Notes: a model not told the origin generated them from the sequence alone. A stretch of DNA of 64,000 nucleotides from Leptolyngbyaceae cyanobacterium (GCA_965263355.1 CBDHHL010000032.1:3296001-3360000); one strand, 5' to 3'. Counted from the first letter of the stretch, positions 9,375-20,965 are shown. Made by a program: numbers and translations.

Positions 9375-10418
9375 ATGAATGCTACAACATACAATTTACC
9401 CCCTGGGAGTCGCGCCCTCATTACTGGAGCCACTGGTTTTACAGGGGCGAATCTGGTTAGAAAACTCCTCCATCAGGACATTGATGTGGTTGCCATTGCG
9501 CGGCAGTCATCCAACCTGAAGCCGTTTGAACAATTACCCATTAAATGGTTGCAGGGAGATGTTTTTGATCCAGACTTAATTACGACGGCTGTTCAAAACG
9601 TTAACTATATTTTCCACATGGTGACGCCGTTTCGAGAGGCAAAATCCCCCGATATTGGCTATCACAATGTCCATGTCGTCAGTACGCAGCTGTTGGCAAA
9701 AGCGGCCTTAGCACAACCAGATTTTCGGCGATTTGTACATGTTTCGACGATTGGTGTCCATGGCCATGTGGAAGAGCCCCCTGGAGATGAAACCTGTCCA
9801 TTAAAGCCAGGGGATATTTATCAGGAAACCAAGTTAGAGGGAGAGATTTGGATTAAAGACTTTGGTCAACAAACAGGATTGCCAGTAACAGTGGTCCGAC
9901 CAGCGGGAATCTATGGCCCTGGAGAAAAGCGCCTGCTGAAAATTTATAAAATGGTGATGCAAGGGTGGGTGCCTGCCATTGGCAACGGCAGTAATTTACT
10001 CCACTTTGTCCACGTTGACGATCTAACCAACTTCTTTATCCATGCGGCGACTCAGTCCCCAGCGGTGGGCGAAGTTTTTATTTGTGGTAGTCCACAGGCC
10101 ATTACCTTTCGGGCTATGGTGACGCTGATTAGCGATTACTATCGAGTATCGGCCCGATTTATTAGTTTGCCTGCGGCTCCATTGTTTGCGTTAGGCGATT
10201 TATGTGAGCTAATTTTTCGCCCTCTGGGAATAGAACCGCCCATCTACCGGCGACGACTGGCGTTTTACACTAAGGATCGGTCGTTTAATACGGGTAAGAT
10301 GCGATCGCTATTAAATTTTGTACCCACCCATCAAGATCAAGAGGGACTGATTGAGTTAGCCCAATGGTATCTAGACAACGGTTGGTTAACCCACAAAAAG
10401 TCTAAACAAAGCGCATAG
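9375..10418 (+). CDS. NAD-dependent epimerase/dehydratase (extended SDR)
   Basis: ITGATGFTG, HVST, YQETK, RPAGIYGPG. Confidence 0.9.
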   Translation: MNATTYNLPPGSRALITGATGFTGANLVRKLLHQDIDVVAIARQSSNLKPFEQLPIKWLQGDVFDPDLITTAVQNVNYIFHMVTPFREAKSPDIGYHNVHVVSTQLLAKAALAQPDFRRFVHVSTIGVHGHVEEPPGDETCPLKPGDIYQETKLEGEIWIKDFGQQTGLPVTVVRPAGIYGPGEKRLLKIYKMVMQGWVPAIGNGSNLLHFVHVDDLTNFFIHAATQSPAVGEVFICGSPQAITFRAMVTLISDYYRVSARFISLPAAPLFALGDLCELIFRPLGIEPPIYRRRLAFYTKDRSFNTGKMRSLLNFVPTHQDQEGLIELAQWYLDNGWLTHKKSKQSA

Positions 10419-10482
10419 CGCGAATGTAGTCTCTGGGTGTCGTGATTGTATTGTAATTGTGTCGTGATGGTAACCTACGGTT

Positions 10483-11241
10483 ATGGTATCTTCCCCCGGT
10501 GAAAAACTCATTGACAAGACACCCTTGAGTGAACAACTGAATCAAGGGGATAGCTCCGCCCTCGCAAAGTATCAAACTAAGGTTATCGGTAATACCAACT
10601 TTTGGCCCTTGGCTCTTTATGAACTGTTGATATTTTTGCTAGGGGATATACCAGGGGCCTTAGGATATTTGCTACGGAAAAAACTCTACCCCATCCTGTT
10701 TAGAGATACGGGGGCGGGGCTGATTTTGGGCAAAAGTATTACTTTACGTTGCCCCAGTCGCATTACTCTGGGCGAGGGTGTCGCCATTGACGACTATGGA
10801 TTACTGGATGCTAGCGGTACGGATGCCGGTATTACCCTGGGGGATCATGTGATAGTTTCCCGTAACTGTGTGATTCAAAACAAAACCGCTGCTGTGACCA
10901 TTGGCGATCATACTGATATTGGTTGCAACACAATTATTTCATCTAGTGGTGGCATCTCCATTGGCAAATCTGTGTTGATCGCCGGTAACTGCTATATCGG
11001 TGGAGGACGCTACATCACAGAGCGGTTAGATTTACCCATGATGCGGCAAGGAGTCTATACCAAAGGGGCTGTGACCATTGGTGACGATGTCTGGTTAGGG
11101 GCAGGTGCCATTGTTCTCGATGGGATTCAAATTGGTAATGGCTGTATTGTTGGTGCGGGAGCCGTTGTCACGAAAAATCTACCCGATTACGCCGTAGCCA
11201 TTGGGGTGCCGGCTAAAGTCGTTCGTCAACGTCGGGGCTAA
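10483..11241 (+). CDS. Hexapeptide-repeat O-acyltransferase
   Basis: Left-handed beta-helix repeats; VTIGDDVWLGAGAIVLDG...GVPAKV. Confidence 0.9.
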   Translation: MVSSPGEKLIDKTPLSEQLNQGDSSALAKYQTKVIGNTNFWPLALYELLIFLLGDIPGALGYLLRKKLYPILFRDTGAGLILGKSITLRCPSRITLGEGVAIDDYGLLDASGTDAGITLGDHVIVSRNCVIQNKTAAVTIGDHTDIGCNTIISSSGGISIGKSVLIAGNCYIGGGRYITERLDLPMMRQGVYTKGAVTIGDDVWLGAGAIVLDGIQIGNGCIVGAGAVVTKNLPDYAVAIGVPAKVVRQRRG

Positions 11242-12282
11242 ATGACTAATAATCCAAGCATTAAAAATCAACATGCATCTCTTGCGACATCGCCGCGAAA
11301 TACTGTTGAGAATCCTATTTTTATCTTTGGCTGTCCTCGTTCGGGCACCTCTTTGCTGAGCCGATTGATCGGCAGTCACCCCAGAATTGCAATTCCGTTT
11401 GAATCCCACCTTTACAACACGTTTTACCCCTGGTTAAAGTACTACGGCGATCTGAAACTACCGAAAAACCGTGAGCGTTTGGTCGATGATATTTTAGAAA
11501 CCGAGGTCATGCGCGATTGGTCCCCTCGGTTAAACCGACAGGAGGTACTGGCAGCCCTTTCTAACTATGACTTCCATGGTATTGTCGATGGCATTTTACG
11601 TGCCTGGACCCACACCCAAGGTAAACAGCGTTGGGGAGAAAAAACCCCAGCCCATCTCTTTTATTGGCGTGAAATCGTAGCTGCGTTTCCTAAAATGCAG
11701 GTGTTGCACATTGTGCGCGATGGTCGAGATGTCGCACTATCCTGGAAAAAAGCACGCTTTGGCCCAAAACATATGTATGCCCTGGCTCAGCAATGGGTAC
11801 ACCATCTCAAAACAGCAGAAAACCTCAAAGCAGAAATTGGAGATGAGTCTTTTTTAGAGGTCAGATACGAGGAATTGCTGCAAAGGCCAGAACAAACGGT
11901 GCGTAGAATTTGTGCGTTTCTGCATGAAGAGTTTTCACCCCAGATGTTGTCATTTTATAAAACAGATGTCGCATATCCCACAGATCTCAATAACCAACAA
12001 AATCTATCTAGACCACCCCTGGCGAGCAACATTGATAAATGGCGTCTTGAAATGTCAGCACAACAGCTACATATTTTTGAAGCTGTTGCCGGATCTACCC
12101 TAGACAAATATGGCTATACCCGACAATTAAGTCAGGCGAGGGTATCGACGTTAGATGTATTACGCTTTCGTTGGCTGGAGCATCCACCACGAAAAATTTT
12201 GGCTATGGTTCAAAACTCCAAAGGACATATTGACGGTTTACGTAGACTGAAGATTTATGCTCGTCTCAGAGTAGGGTTATAG
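11242..12282 (+). CDS. Sulfotransferase family protein
   Basis: PAPS-binding PIFIFGCPRSGTSLL, WGEKTP, HIVRDGRDVALS, VRYEELL. Confidence 0.92.
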   Translation: MTNNPSIKNQHASLATSPRNTVENPIFIFGCPRSGTSLLSRLIGSHPRIAIPFESHLYNTFYPWLKYYGDLKLPKNRERLVDDILETEVMRDWSPRLNRQEVLAALSNYDFHGIVDGILRAWTHTQGKQRWGEKTPAHLFYWREIVAAFPKMQVLHIVRDGRDVALSWKKARFGPKHMYALAQQWVHHLKTAENLKAEIGDESFLEVRYEELLQRPEQTVRRICAFLHEEFSPQMLSFYKTDVAYPTDLNNQQNLSRPPLASNIDKWRLEMSAQQLHIFEAVAGSTLDKYGYTRQLSQARVSTLDVLRFRWLEHPPRKILAMVQNSKGHIDGLRRLKIYARLRVGL

Positions 12283-12307
12283 CATTAAATTATCAAGGAG
12301 AACAGGA

Positions 12308-13825
12308 TTGACTCAGCTTAATGCCACGTTGAATAAACTGATTAAGGGCGCTGGGTTATCCTTCCTAGGTCAAATAATTAGCACGGGGCTAAAGTATTTG
12401 ACCCAGGTCATTCTCGCCTGGCTGATGGGGGCAGAGCTTTTTGGCTTGTATACCCTAGGAATTATTCTCTATCAATTAGCAGAATTATTTCCCAGGATGG
12501 GGTTGGAAACTGGGGCCATCCGCTATGTTTCCATTCATCACGCTCAGCATGATCAAAGACGTCTGAAAGGAGTACTGCTCCAGGCCCTGGGGTTACCTTT
12601 TATCAGTGGCCTCGGGTTTGGTGCGATCCTATTTTTTGTCTCTGAACCTGTGGCCCAGGTAGTGTTTAATCAGCCTGAACTGGTGTCTGTGTTGCAAACC
12701 TTTGCCCTAGCACTGCCGTTTGGGGCCAGTATGATGGCCGGCGTATTTGCGACAACAGGCTTTCAAACGGCCACGTATAAGGTACTTATTTGGGAGATTT
12801 TACTTCCATTGTTGAATCTGCTACTAGCAGTCGTTTTATTGTATCTGGGCTGGGGCCTGTGGGGAGCGTCCATAGCGTGGGTCATAGCCCTTATGGGCTC
12901 ACTGATTGCGACGATTATAGTACTGCAGAAACTTTATCCCGTCCTTTTTCAGCGTCAGCCACGTCCCATTTTTGAAAGTAAACAGCTCCTCGCATTGTCG
13001 ATTCCCTTATCCTTGGGCAGTTTTCTGTGGCTGATTATGCTCTGGACAGATATCCTCATGCTGGGATATTTTCGCTCTCCTACAGAAGTGGGTATTTACC
13101 GAGCCGCCTCCCAGACAGCATTGCTGATGACTTTGTTTACCCGTTCGTTAGTCACTATTTTTACTCCAATGATTGCTAACTTTTACAACAGTGGCAATCT
13201 AAGCGAATTGGATAAGCTTTTTCGCTTGGCTGCTCGGTGGAGCTTTTCTCTGACTTTGCCACTCTTTTTGGTGGTAGCGGTAACCGGTGAGGATCTCCTT
13301 AAGGTCTTTGGCCAAGAATTTGGTCTGGGCTGGATACCCTTGATTATTTTGGCGGCTGGACAACTGGCCAGAGCTGGACCTGGAGGATTTGCGATGCATA
13401 TCTTGTCAATGTCCGGTCACCAGTATCTTAAGCTGGTTGGAGATGTTATTTTAGCGGTCACTAATATTGCCCTTAATCTGTTTATGATTCCTCGGTGGGG
13501 GCTAGTGGGGGCCGCTATTGCGACAGGCATTAGCATACTGGGAGTAAACCTGTTGCGCATTTGTCAAGTGTACTGTGTCTTAGGAGTGCATGGGTTTCAG
13601 TGGGGATACCTCAAAGTGATTGTCGCAGGTACTCTTGCTTGTTTGGCTGGCATTGGCATCAACTATGGAGTGACTAATTTTCCTGTCATTCTAAGGATGA
13701 TCTGTAGTATAGGTGTAGTTGTCTCTATGTATTTTGGCTTGTTACTTGCATTAGGTCTGGAAAAGAGTGATCGTATTATGTTCGGCCAAATTCGCCAGAA
13801 CCTCGGTTTTGGTAAACAATTTTGA
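12308..13825 (+). CDS. Wzx-type polysaccharide flippase
   Basis: Many TM segments; TDILMLGYF..EVGIYRAA; LFMIPRWGLVGAAIAT. Confidence 0.9.
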   Translation: MTQLNATLNKLIKGAGLSFLGQIISTGLKYLTQVILAWLMGAELFGLYTLGIILYQLAELFPRMGLETGAIRYVSIHHAQHDQRRLKGVLLQALGLPFISGLGFGAILFFVSEPVAQVVFNQPELVSVLQTFALALPFGASMMAGVFATTGFQTATYKVLIWEILLPLLNLLLAVVLLYLGWGLWGASIAWVIALMGSLIATIIVLQKLYPVLFQRQPRPIFESKQLLALSIPLSLGSFLWLIMLWTDILMLGYFRSPTEVGIYRAASQTALLMTLFTRSLVTIFTPMIANFYNSGNLSELDKLFRLAARWSFSLTLPLFLVVAVTGEDLLKVFGQEFGLGWIPLIILAAGQLARAGPGGFAMHILSMSGHQYLKLVGDVILAVTNIALNLFMIPRWGLVGAAIATGISILGVNLLRICQVYCVLGVHGFQWGYLKVIVAGTLACLAGIGINYGVTNFPVILRMICSIGVVVSMYFGLLLALGLEKSDRIMFGQIRQNLGFGKQF

Positions 13826-14057
13826 TCCTACTGTCCTTTAGATACAGTGTAAAGATTCAGTAAAGTATACCTGCTTTTCGATAAATATACTCAGTCTGAT
13901 AGATATTCTATAGGCAGAACACTAGGCATCGATTACAGTACTTTGCTTTACAGGGCACTCAGTTAGAAGTCTTTAATAGGATTTAACTTGTTTCTATTTC
14001 AGCGTGTCCTTTGATTCACAGGTGGGTATCATTTACTAATTTTTGGGATTTATCGTT

Positions 14058-15083
14058 ATGGTCTCTTCACTCTCCGTACATCAAGGTATTCTCTCAGATG
14101 CTGTTCTGTCCGATAAGTCTGTTGTATCTGACGAGATAATATTAGACCTGTCTGTAGTTATCCCAATTTATAATGAATTTGAGAATCTACCTGCACTGAT
14201 TAGTCAAGTATCAACAGTGTTAGATCAAGAAGCCTATAGCTATGAAATCATTTGTATTGATGATGGGTCTAAAGATGGCTCTACTCAGCGATTAATAGAG
14301 CTTGCTAAGACTCACGAGACTCTACGTGCAATTATCTTTCGGCGTAACTATGGTCAGACGGCTGCGATGGCCGCAGGGTTTGCCAATGCCAAAGGTCAAG
14401 TGATTGTTACGTTAGACGGGGACTTGCAAAATGACCCCAGGGACATTCCTGTCCTCATCGAAAAATTGTCAGATGGTTATGATCTAGTGAGTGGTTGGCG
14501 AAAGCAACGACAAGATGCAGCCTTGACACGTTTACTGCCTTCAAAAATTGCTAATAAGTTAATTGGTAACGTAACGGGTGTGCGACTGCACGATTATGGT
14601 TGCTCTCTCAAAGCTTACCGAGCTGAGTTGGTAGCTGATATGAATTTATACGGTGAACTCCATCGTTTTTTACCTGCGTTGGCATTTATTGAAGGTGCGA
14701 GAATTACTGAGATGCCTGTGCGCCATCATCCCCGGCGTCATGGTCAAAGTAAGTACGGTTTGGGTAGAACCTTTCGCGTCATGATGGATCTGATGACGGT
14801 GGCCTTTATGAAGACGTTTTTAACCCGTCCGATGCATGTGTTTGGTGTGTTAGGTATGGTGTCTTTGTCAGCCGGGTCATTATTAGGGGTGTATCTATTT
14901 ATATTGAGAATTGTGCTACAGCAGCCAATTGGTGGACGACCGTTGTTAATGCTAGCTGTTGTTTTGTTCCTTGCGGGTATTCAGCTATTCTGTTTTGGTC
15001 TGCTGGCTGAGTTGTTGATGCGGACTTATCATGAATCTCAAAATAAACCCATTTATCGTGTGAGGGAGAGGGTTGGTTTTTGA
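14058..15083 (+). CDS. Glycosyltransferase family 2, polyprenol-phosphate glycosyltransferase (ArnC/GtrB-like)
   Basis: SVVIPIYNE, DDGSKDGS, RNYGQTAA, DGDLQNDP, two C-terminal TM helices. Confidence 0.92.
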   Translation: MVSSLSVHQGILSDAVLSDKSVVSDEIILDLSVVIPIYNEFENLPALISQVSTVLDQEAYSYEIICIDDGSKDGSTQRLIELAKTHETLRAIIFRRNYGQTAAMAAGFANAKGQVIVTLDGDLQNDPRDIPVLIEKLSDGYDLVSGWRKQRQDAALTRLLPSKIANKLIGNVTGVRLHDYGCSLKAYRAELVADMNLYGELHRFLPALAFIEGARITEMPVRHHPRRHGQSKYGLGRTFRVMMDLMTVAFMKTFLTRPMHVFGVLGMVSLSAGSLLGVYLFILRIVLQQPIGGRPLLMLAVVLFLAGIQLFCFGLLAELLMRTYHESQNKPIYRVRERVGF

Positions 15084-15187
15084 TCTTCTTAGTATTTAAA
15101 ACTGTTGTTTCCTAAATCTCTCCTGTCTGAGACTTATCGGCTTTGAATTCATTTTCCAATTGTACGTATGCCGCAATGTTCAATCCC

Positions 15188-16669
15188 ATGAAGCTTAATC
15201 AGGTGAGCCCTGCTGCTCAGCCTTCTCAAAAGATTAGAGCCAAGTACTATCAATGGCTGCCGATTACATTGGTAATGGTGCTTGCAACAGTTTTAAATTT
15301 TTATCGGATTAACGCTGAAGGCCTTTGGATTGATGAACTGACCAGTGTTGAAAATGCCCAAGGCCCCCTCTGGGAAGTGCGAGTCAGGCCACTTTACTTT
15401 GTCTTCCTCAAGGTGTGGATGCAGTTTGGTCACAGTGATGCTTGGTTGCGGAGCTTGTCTGTAATATTTGCGATCGCATCCATATTTCTGGTCTATCGCT
15501 TAGGCCGTCGCCTGTTAGGAGAGACAGAGGGCATAGTCGCCGCTACATTGCTGACGCTGTCTCCGTTATATCTCAACCATGCCCAAGAAGTCAGAATGTA
15601 TGTGCTATGTACCTGTATGGGACTGGCAGGTACGCTTTGTTTAGCCAATGCCCTGACTGGTGAAAAGTCTAAGGATCCCAGCCATGCCTCTCTGGCGGGT
15701 TGGTGTCTCTTTCGGGTATTGACAATTTTGGCCGTGCCGCTCAATGTCACCTTGTTATTACCGGATGTAATCCTATACGGGTGGCGGTTTCGTCAGCGGC
15801 GGTCAGCTTTAATCCGGTTTGGGGGTTGGCTGATCTTGATTTTCCTATTGTGGTCACCTTTTGTTTTATCGGTAATTCAAGCCACGGCACCAGATTCTAC
15901 CTATGCCTCCCATCACCCTGGGCGCAACCCACCCGAAGTGGCTAATCTGGTCCGTACGCTTAAGTTTTGGACCGTGTGGCCATTTGCTGTGCAAGGCAAT
16001 GCGATCGCATCTGCGTTCTATAAAGTGGTAACCCTATTGGTGGCAGGGTTGATGGGGGTGTCTCTATTACAAAAGCATCGATCGCCGGGGATTTTATGGG
16101 CGATGGCCTGGTTTATCCTGCCATTGGTACCCATTTTGGCCTATTCATTTATTTCAATACCGCTCTGGGTAAATCGCTATCTACTGTTTGTAAGTCCTTA
16201 TTTATTTTTAGTATTGGCGGCTGGGTTGAGTCGACTATGGCGACAATGGCGGATTGCTGCAGTGGTCATGGCCTTGGTTTATCTGATAGCCGCTGCTGGC
16301 GGCTTAGTGCACTATTATGCTGTTCAGGATAGACCTGACTATAAATTTATTACCCAAACCATTCAGCAATATAAACAGCCGGGAGATGTGGTTGTTTGGA
16401 CTCTGTTTGCCAACAAAGTCGTGCTCAACCACTACTCCTTGGGGAAAACCAAGGTCCATACGAATAAAACTAGAGGTGTGGAAAGTGATGCTGATATTAC
16501 CCAATGGTTAGAGGCTTTTCCGCCTGTTCCTGGTCGTTTATGGCTAGTTTTGAAGGTTAATGAGCAAGATTATTCTAAATTTGAGCAACAGATTAAAGCG
16601 CAATATAGTCTAGAAGAGACGTTTGACTATGAGCAAGGATCTAAAGTCCTTTTATTGACTGAGCGATAA
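15188..16669 (+). CDS. GT39/ArnT/PMT-like membrane glycosyltransferase (GT-C fold)
   Basis: GLWIDE, RPLYF, LRSLSV, HAQEVRMY, RYLLFVSP; exact start uncertain (15143-15188). Confidence 0.85.
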   Translation: MKLNQVSPAAQPSQKIRAKYYQWLPITLVMVLATVLNFYRINAEGLWIDELTSVENAQGPLWEVRVRPLYFVFLKVWMQFGHSDAWLRSLSVIFAIASIFLVYRLGRRLLGETEGIVAATLLTLSPLYLNHAQEVRMYVLCTCMGLAGTLCLANALTGEKSKDPSHASLAGWCLFRVLTILAVPLNVTLLLPDVILYGWRFRQRRSALIRFGGWLILIFLLWSPFVLSVIQATAPDSTYASHHPGRNPPEVANLVRTLKFWTVWPFAVQGNAIASAFYKVVTLLVAGLMGVSLLQKHRSPGILWAMAWFILPLVPILAYSFISIPLWVNRYLLFVSPYLFLVLAAGLSRLWRQWRIAAVVMALVYLIAAAGGLVHYYAVQDRPDYKFITQTIQQYKQPGDVVVWTLFANKVVLNHYSLGKTKVHTNKTRGVESDADITQWLEAFPPVPGRLWLVLKVNEQDYSKFEQQIKAQYSLEETFDYEQGSKVLLLTER

Positions 16670-17190
16670 TGTTGGGTGACTAACGTCTAGCAGGCTTTGA
16701 TTTCTATCGTGAACTAACTCGGTTGTTTAGCTGTGTCCCACGCCAGATAAAAAATTAGCGCTCAGTGAAGGCTCTATATGACTGTTGCTGTTACAACTAT
16801 TTGTGGACTGATCGGGCTAATTAACGTGTTGGCACCCGGCTGTAAAATCCTTGAACTACTTTTATATAAAGCCTGTAGATGTGTTTTCGTCTCAGTCAGA
16901 GCCCACTGCATAACTATTTTTATCTGTACCGTATATTTAGCTAGCGAGTTAACTGGTGTTTACACCAGCCGATGCCCCCTGGTTATGCTTCTATGGACTA
17001 TGACATAGCATCTACCAAATAACAGTCCCGATAAAGGTTTTTGGTGCCTGTGGCAGCAACCCTTTTACTCCCATTGAGCAAGTGACATTGATTCAGGTGA
17101 TATCGGGATTTAGTAACGGGGGGCGTCATTCTACGCAGATCAACTGGCCATACCTTGAAATGCCGCTTGGGGGATGGTCCGTTGATTTTT

Positions 17191-17829
17191 TTATTCGAGG
17201 TGGAGGGCGGTGCGATCGCGACCCGGCACACTTTCTAATGCAGCTTCAACCGCCCGCGCTGCTGCCAGAATATCCCGTTCTGCACCCCCTAGGTACAAAC
17301 GCCCAAAACTACCCACAGACGAAATCTGCAGGATATTAATCTGAGCGGCTTTTTCGGCTTCGTTAGCAGCCAAGGAAGCGTAGGCGGCAGGTTCTACTTC
17401 CATGACATACAGTGTCTGCCCAGCCAAGATCATATTGCCGCGCCGGGTACGGTTGATTAGCTGGACGTGGTGGGGGTCCAGGTTGCGGATGACTTGACTC
17501 GATACCATGCGAGGACGGTAGCGATCGCGCATTTCTACTCCCAGGGCATCTAAAATGGCGTGCCCTGCCGCTTTAACTTCCCCCTGGCTGCCAGAGTGGA
17601 TTTCAAGCAAACCATAGAGGCGCTCCACTAGTTGCACACCTGGGGTAACGACGGCTGATTTCAGAGCCACATCGGTAATGCGGTTAATTTCAATACCAGG
17701 AGAAATTTCAATCCATAGGGAGGCATCGCCTGGTAATGGCAAAAAGCCAATGGAAACGCTGCCCATATAGGCAGCGTGCTGTGGTTGCAAGTTGTCAATA
17801 TATACGTAGCTACGAAGTTCTACACCCAA
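17191..17829 (-). CDS. ccmP: Carboxysome shell protein CcmP (tandem BMC domain)
   Basis: [21 protein letters not shown]...[10 protein letters not shown]...VERLYGLLE...AANEAEKAA...[10 protein letters not shown], typical of CcmP. Confidence 0.92.
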   Translation of the reverse strand: MGVELRSYVYIDNLQPQHAAYMGSVSIGFLPLPGDASLWIEISPGIEINRITDVALKSAVVTPGVQLVERLYGLLEIHSGSQGEVKAAGHAILDALGVEMRDRYRPRMVSSQVIRNLDPHHVQLINRTRRGNMILAGQTLYVMEVEPAAYASLAANEAEKAAQINILQISSVGSFGRLYLGGAERDILAAARAVEAALESVPGRDRTALHLE

Positions 17830-18472
17830 GGCCGCTTCACAATTTATAACCTGCCGATCTTATCAGGTAAGCGTCAGACAACGGGGTATTAGGCATAGCT
17901 ACATGTATAGTATTGATGCGATCGCCCCTGATTGCTATGCTCCGTGTATTCATAATGGCTAGTGCTCCAGGAGCTGGGGGTGTCTGGTCAGGGGAATTAT
18001 CGATTCCAAAAAATTATTATTAATTGACCGTGAACTATTTGCTATTTCTCTAAGCATTGTGTGAATTAGCCTATTCTTGCTTTCTAGTAGCAGAAAAATT
18101 GATATTAAATATGTATGAGGTGTGTAATCTGTTCCTCAGAACATACGTATCTTTACTGAGATGTTAAAGTCTCTATCTAGGGGGAGTTAACCTCAGACAG
18201 TTAACTATAGAGACTGTCTGAGTGATTAGTTATTGTGATCAAGACCGTCTGCTATTAAGAACGCATGTACAGATGTAGCTAACCCTTTTCAGACTAGTGA
18301 GGAATGGACACCCAATGGCTCATTCATAATTTTCTGAGCTTCCAACTTCTCTCTTTTTATTTCGTTCTAGATAACAATTTTCTACTCAAGCGAGTGGGTG
18401 TTTTTTATTTCCACAGCATTAGCCCACTTCGAAACATAACGCAAACCCACATGAGGAAAGGAGAATGTCAGA

Positions 18473-19588
18473 ATGGCAAATTTCATTTTTGCCCAACCCT
18501 TTGAGCTGAACCTGGAAAACTCGGGTACTAACCTTTTGCTTCTTTCGACAGTCACTCAGCAAACGTCCACCAGGTTCGTTTTTGATGATGGTACGGGTCG
18601 AATCGTATTTCAGGGAACTAATATCACCTACAACGGTAATCTCAATAATGGTGGTGCGGTAACAGGCGGCACCATACAAGCCTTTCTGGTAACTAGCAAT
18701 TTTCTCGGCAATATTGTATTTGCTAATGGTTTTGGCAGTACAGTAGCCGCAGCCCAGGTTTTTAACTTCCTGAGTCAGGGGCAAGAAGCAAATCTCTTCA
18801 GTTATTTATTTCGGGGTAACGACAGATTTGTTGGTTCCCTAGGTGGCGATATTATGCATGCCTATGGTGGGAATGATCTCTTACTTGGCAAAAATGGGGA
18901 TGATAAAATCTTTGGTGATGCTGGTGATGACCGAGCCCTGGGAGGGTTTGGCAACGATACTCTAGTGGGAGGCATTGGCAATGACCGGCTCTTTGGCGAA
19001 GCTGGCATTGATGTTTTATATGGTCAGGTGGGCAATGATGTCCTAGGAGGAGGATTAGGCAATGATGTACTATTCGGCCAAGCTGGTGAGGATGTACTGA
19101 TTGGAGATGATGGACGGGACCAGCTGTTTGGCGGTGCAGCACTTGACCGTCTCTTTGGCGGTGCTGGCAATGATATTCTTACAGGCGGTGCTGGTAATGA
19201 CGTCGTTAGAGGTGGGTTTGGCGATGACGTATTAAATGGAACTGACGCTACGTCTGCCGGTAATGGTGAACGTGATATCTTGTTTAGCTCTGATTTAAAT
19301 GATAGTGACACCTTTGTTTTGGGCGTTAATGGTACACCTTTTTATAACGACCAAGGCAACAATGATTATGCCCTTATCAGAGATTTCGATCTCTTTGATT
19401 TCCCAGGAGACATAGCAGACCGCATTCAGTTAGAAGGGAACGCCAGCTTCTATAGCCTTAGCAATGTCTCTGTAGGCGGTGTGAGTGGTGCAGGCATTTT
19501 TGACTTTGGTGATCTTGTTGGGATTATTGAAGGAATCAATGCTAGTCAGCTTAGCTTGACAAATTCTGACCAATTTGTCTACGTCTAG
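18473..19588 (+). CDS. RTX/hemolysin-type Ca-binding secreted protein, paralog A
   Basis: Many GGxGxDxL nonapeptides; C-terminal DYALIRDF...DRIQLEG...QFVYV domain. Confidence 0.9.
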   Translation: MANFIFAQPFELNLENSGTNLLLLSTVTQQTSTRFVFDDGTGRIVFQGTNITYNGNLNNGGAVTGGTIQAFLVTSNFLGNIVFANGFGSTVAAAQVFNFLSQGQEANLFSYLFRGNDRFVGSLGGDIMHAYGGNDLLLGKNGDDKIFGDAGDDRALGGFGNDTLVGGIGNDRLFGEAGIDVLYGQVGNDVLGGGLGNDVLFGQAGEDVLIGDDGRDQLFGGAALDRLFGGAGNDILTGGAGNDVVRGGFGDDVLNGTDATSAGNGERDILFSSDLNDSDTFVLGVNGTPFYNDQGNNDYALIRDFDLFDFPGDIADRIQLEGNASFYSLSNVSVGGVSGAGIFDFGDLVGIIEGINASQLSLTNSDQFVYV

Positions 19589-19653
19589 GATTTCAATTTT
19601 TGAATGCACGGAAATTGAAAATCCATAACAGCGAGAGTCACCATACAGGTGTA

Positions 19654-19687
19654 ATAGCCTTAAATGGTGACAAGCTGCTAAGGCTAT
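19654..19687 (+). terminator. Hairpin downstream of RTX paralog A
   Basis: atagcctta ... taaggctat; homologous to the hairpin after paralog B, with a compensatory change. Confidence 0.45.
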
Positions 19688-19846
19688 CGCTAAATCCTAG
19701 GTGATAATGAGCATCTCATTTTTCAGTCTCTTTCATTTTCTTCTAGGCATGAAGCTTTTCCTAAAGCATGTCAATGTTTTCTGCTTCTACAGCACTCATT
19801 CACCTCGAAATACCCCCAAATCCATACAAGAAAAGAGGACTTCAAA

Positions 19847-20965
19847 ATGGCAAATTTCATTTTTCTCCAGGCCGCTTTTATGCTCGCAGAAGAGCCAGTT
19901 TTCGGCCCTGTCTTTCCTCCTAACATAATTCAGCGCACCTCCAATCGGTTTGTTGTGGAGGATGATGCTCAGTTTGCATTGCGAGGTCGTTTTGTTTTTC
20001 AGGGTAACAACTTTACCTACAGTGGTAATTCCAGTAGCAGTAATGTTACGGGTGGTAACGTGACAGCCATGCTTTTATCCACGAATTTTTCAGGTGACTT
20101 TCTCTTTGTTAATGGTTTCGGTAACACAGCCAGTGCACCCCAGGTTTATAACTTCGTGAGACAGGGGCAAGGAGTAGCTCTCTTCACTTATTTAGCTCGG
20201 GGTAATGACAGATTTGTTGGTACATCCGATAGTGATGTTATGCGTGCATTTGCCGGGAATGACCTTTTACTTGGTAAAGGTGGGAATGATACGCTTTTTG
20301 GCTACAGTGGTAATGATCGAGCCCTGGGAGGGTTTGGCCAAGACACGATGCTAGGGGGGCCTGGCAATGACCGATTTTATGGAGAATCCGGCAATGATTC
20401 TCTTTATGGTCAGGCAGGCAATGACGTTCTAGGCGGAGGCTTAGGCGATGATTTCCTATCTGGAGAAGGTGGCACAGATGTGATTTTCGGTGACGATGGC
20501 AACGATCAGCTGCTGGGGGGGATTGGCCTTGACCAACTCTACGGCGGCAACGGCAATGACACGCTTACGGGTGGCGCTGGTAATGACGTCCTTAGAGGCG
20601 GGGCTGATAATGACATATTAAACGGAACCGATTCTACAGCCGCAGGTAACGGTGAACGCGATATCTTATTTAGCTCTACTTCATTTGATAGTGACACCTT
20701 TGTTTTAGGCGTTAGTAATACGCCTTTTTACAACAACCAAGGTAACAACGATTTTGCTGTTATCAGGGATTTCGATACCTTAGGTTTTGCCACAGATATC
20801 ATTCAGTTAGAAGGGTCAGCTAGCTTCTATAGCCTTAGCAATGTCTCTATAGGTGGTGTGAGTGGTGCAGGCATTTTTGACTTTGGTGATCTTGTTGGGA
20901 TTGTCGAAGGAATCAATGCTAGTCAGCTTAGCTTGACGAATTCTAACCAATTTACTTATGTCTAG
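19847..20965 (+). CDS. RTX/hemolysin-type Ca-binding secreted protein, paralog B
   Basis: Same architecture as 18473..19588, with a divergent N-terminal ~110 aa. Confidence 0.9.
   Translation: MANFIFLQAAFMLAEEPVFGPVFPPNIIQRTSNRFVVEDDAQFALRGRFVFQGNNFTYSGNSSSSNVTGGNVTAMLLSTNFSGDFLFVNGFGNTASAPQVYNFVRQGQGVALFTYLARGNDRFVGTSDSDVMRAFAGNDLLLGKGGNDTLFGYSGNDRALGGFGQDTMLGGPGNDRFYGESGNDSLYGQAGNDVLGGGLGDDFLSGEGGTDVIFGDDGNDQLLGGIGLDQLYGGNGNDTLTGGAGNDVLRGGADNDILNGTDSTAAGNGERDILFSSTSFDSDTFVLGVSNTPFYNNQGNNDFAVIRDFDTLGFATDIIQLEGSASFYSLSNVSIGGVSGAGIFDFGDLVGIVEGINASQLSLTNSNQFTYV

Noticed and set aside
16778..17339. Short ORFs between GT39 and ccmP
   Set aside because: No RBS or recognisable motif, and they overlap each other or ccmP
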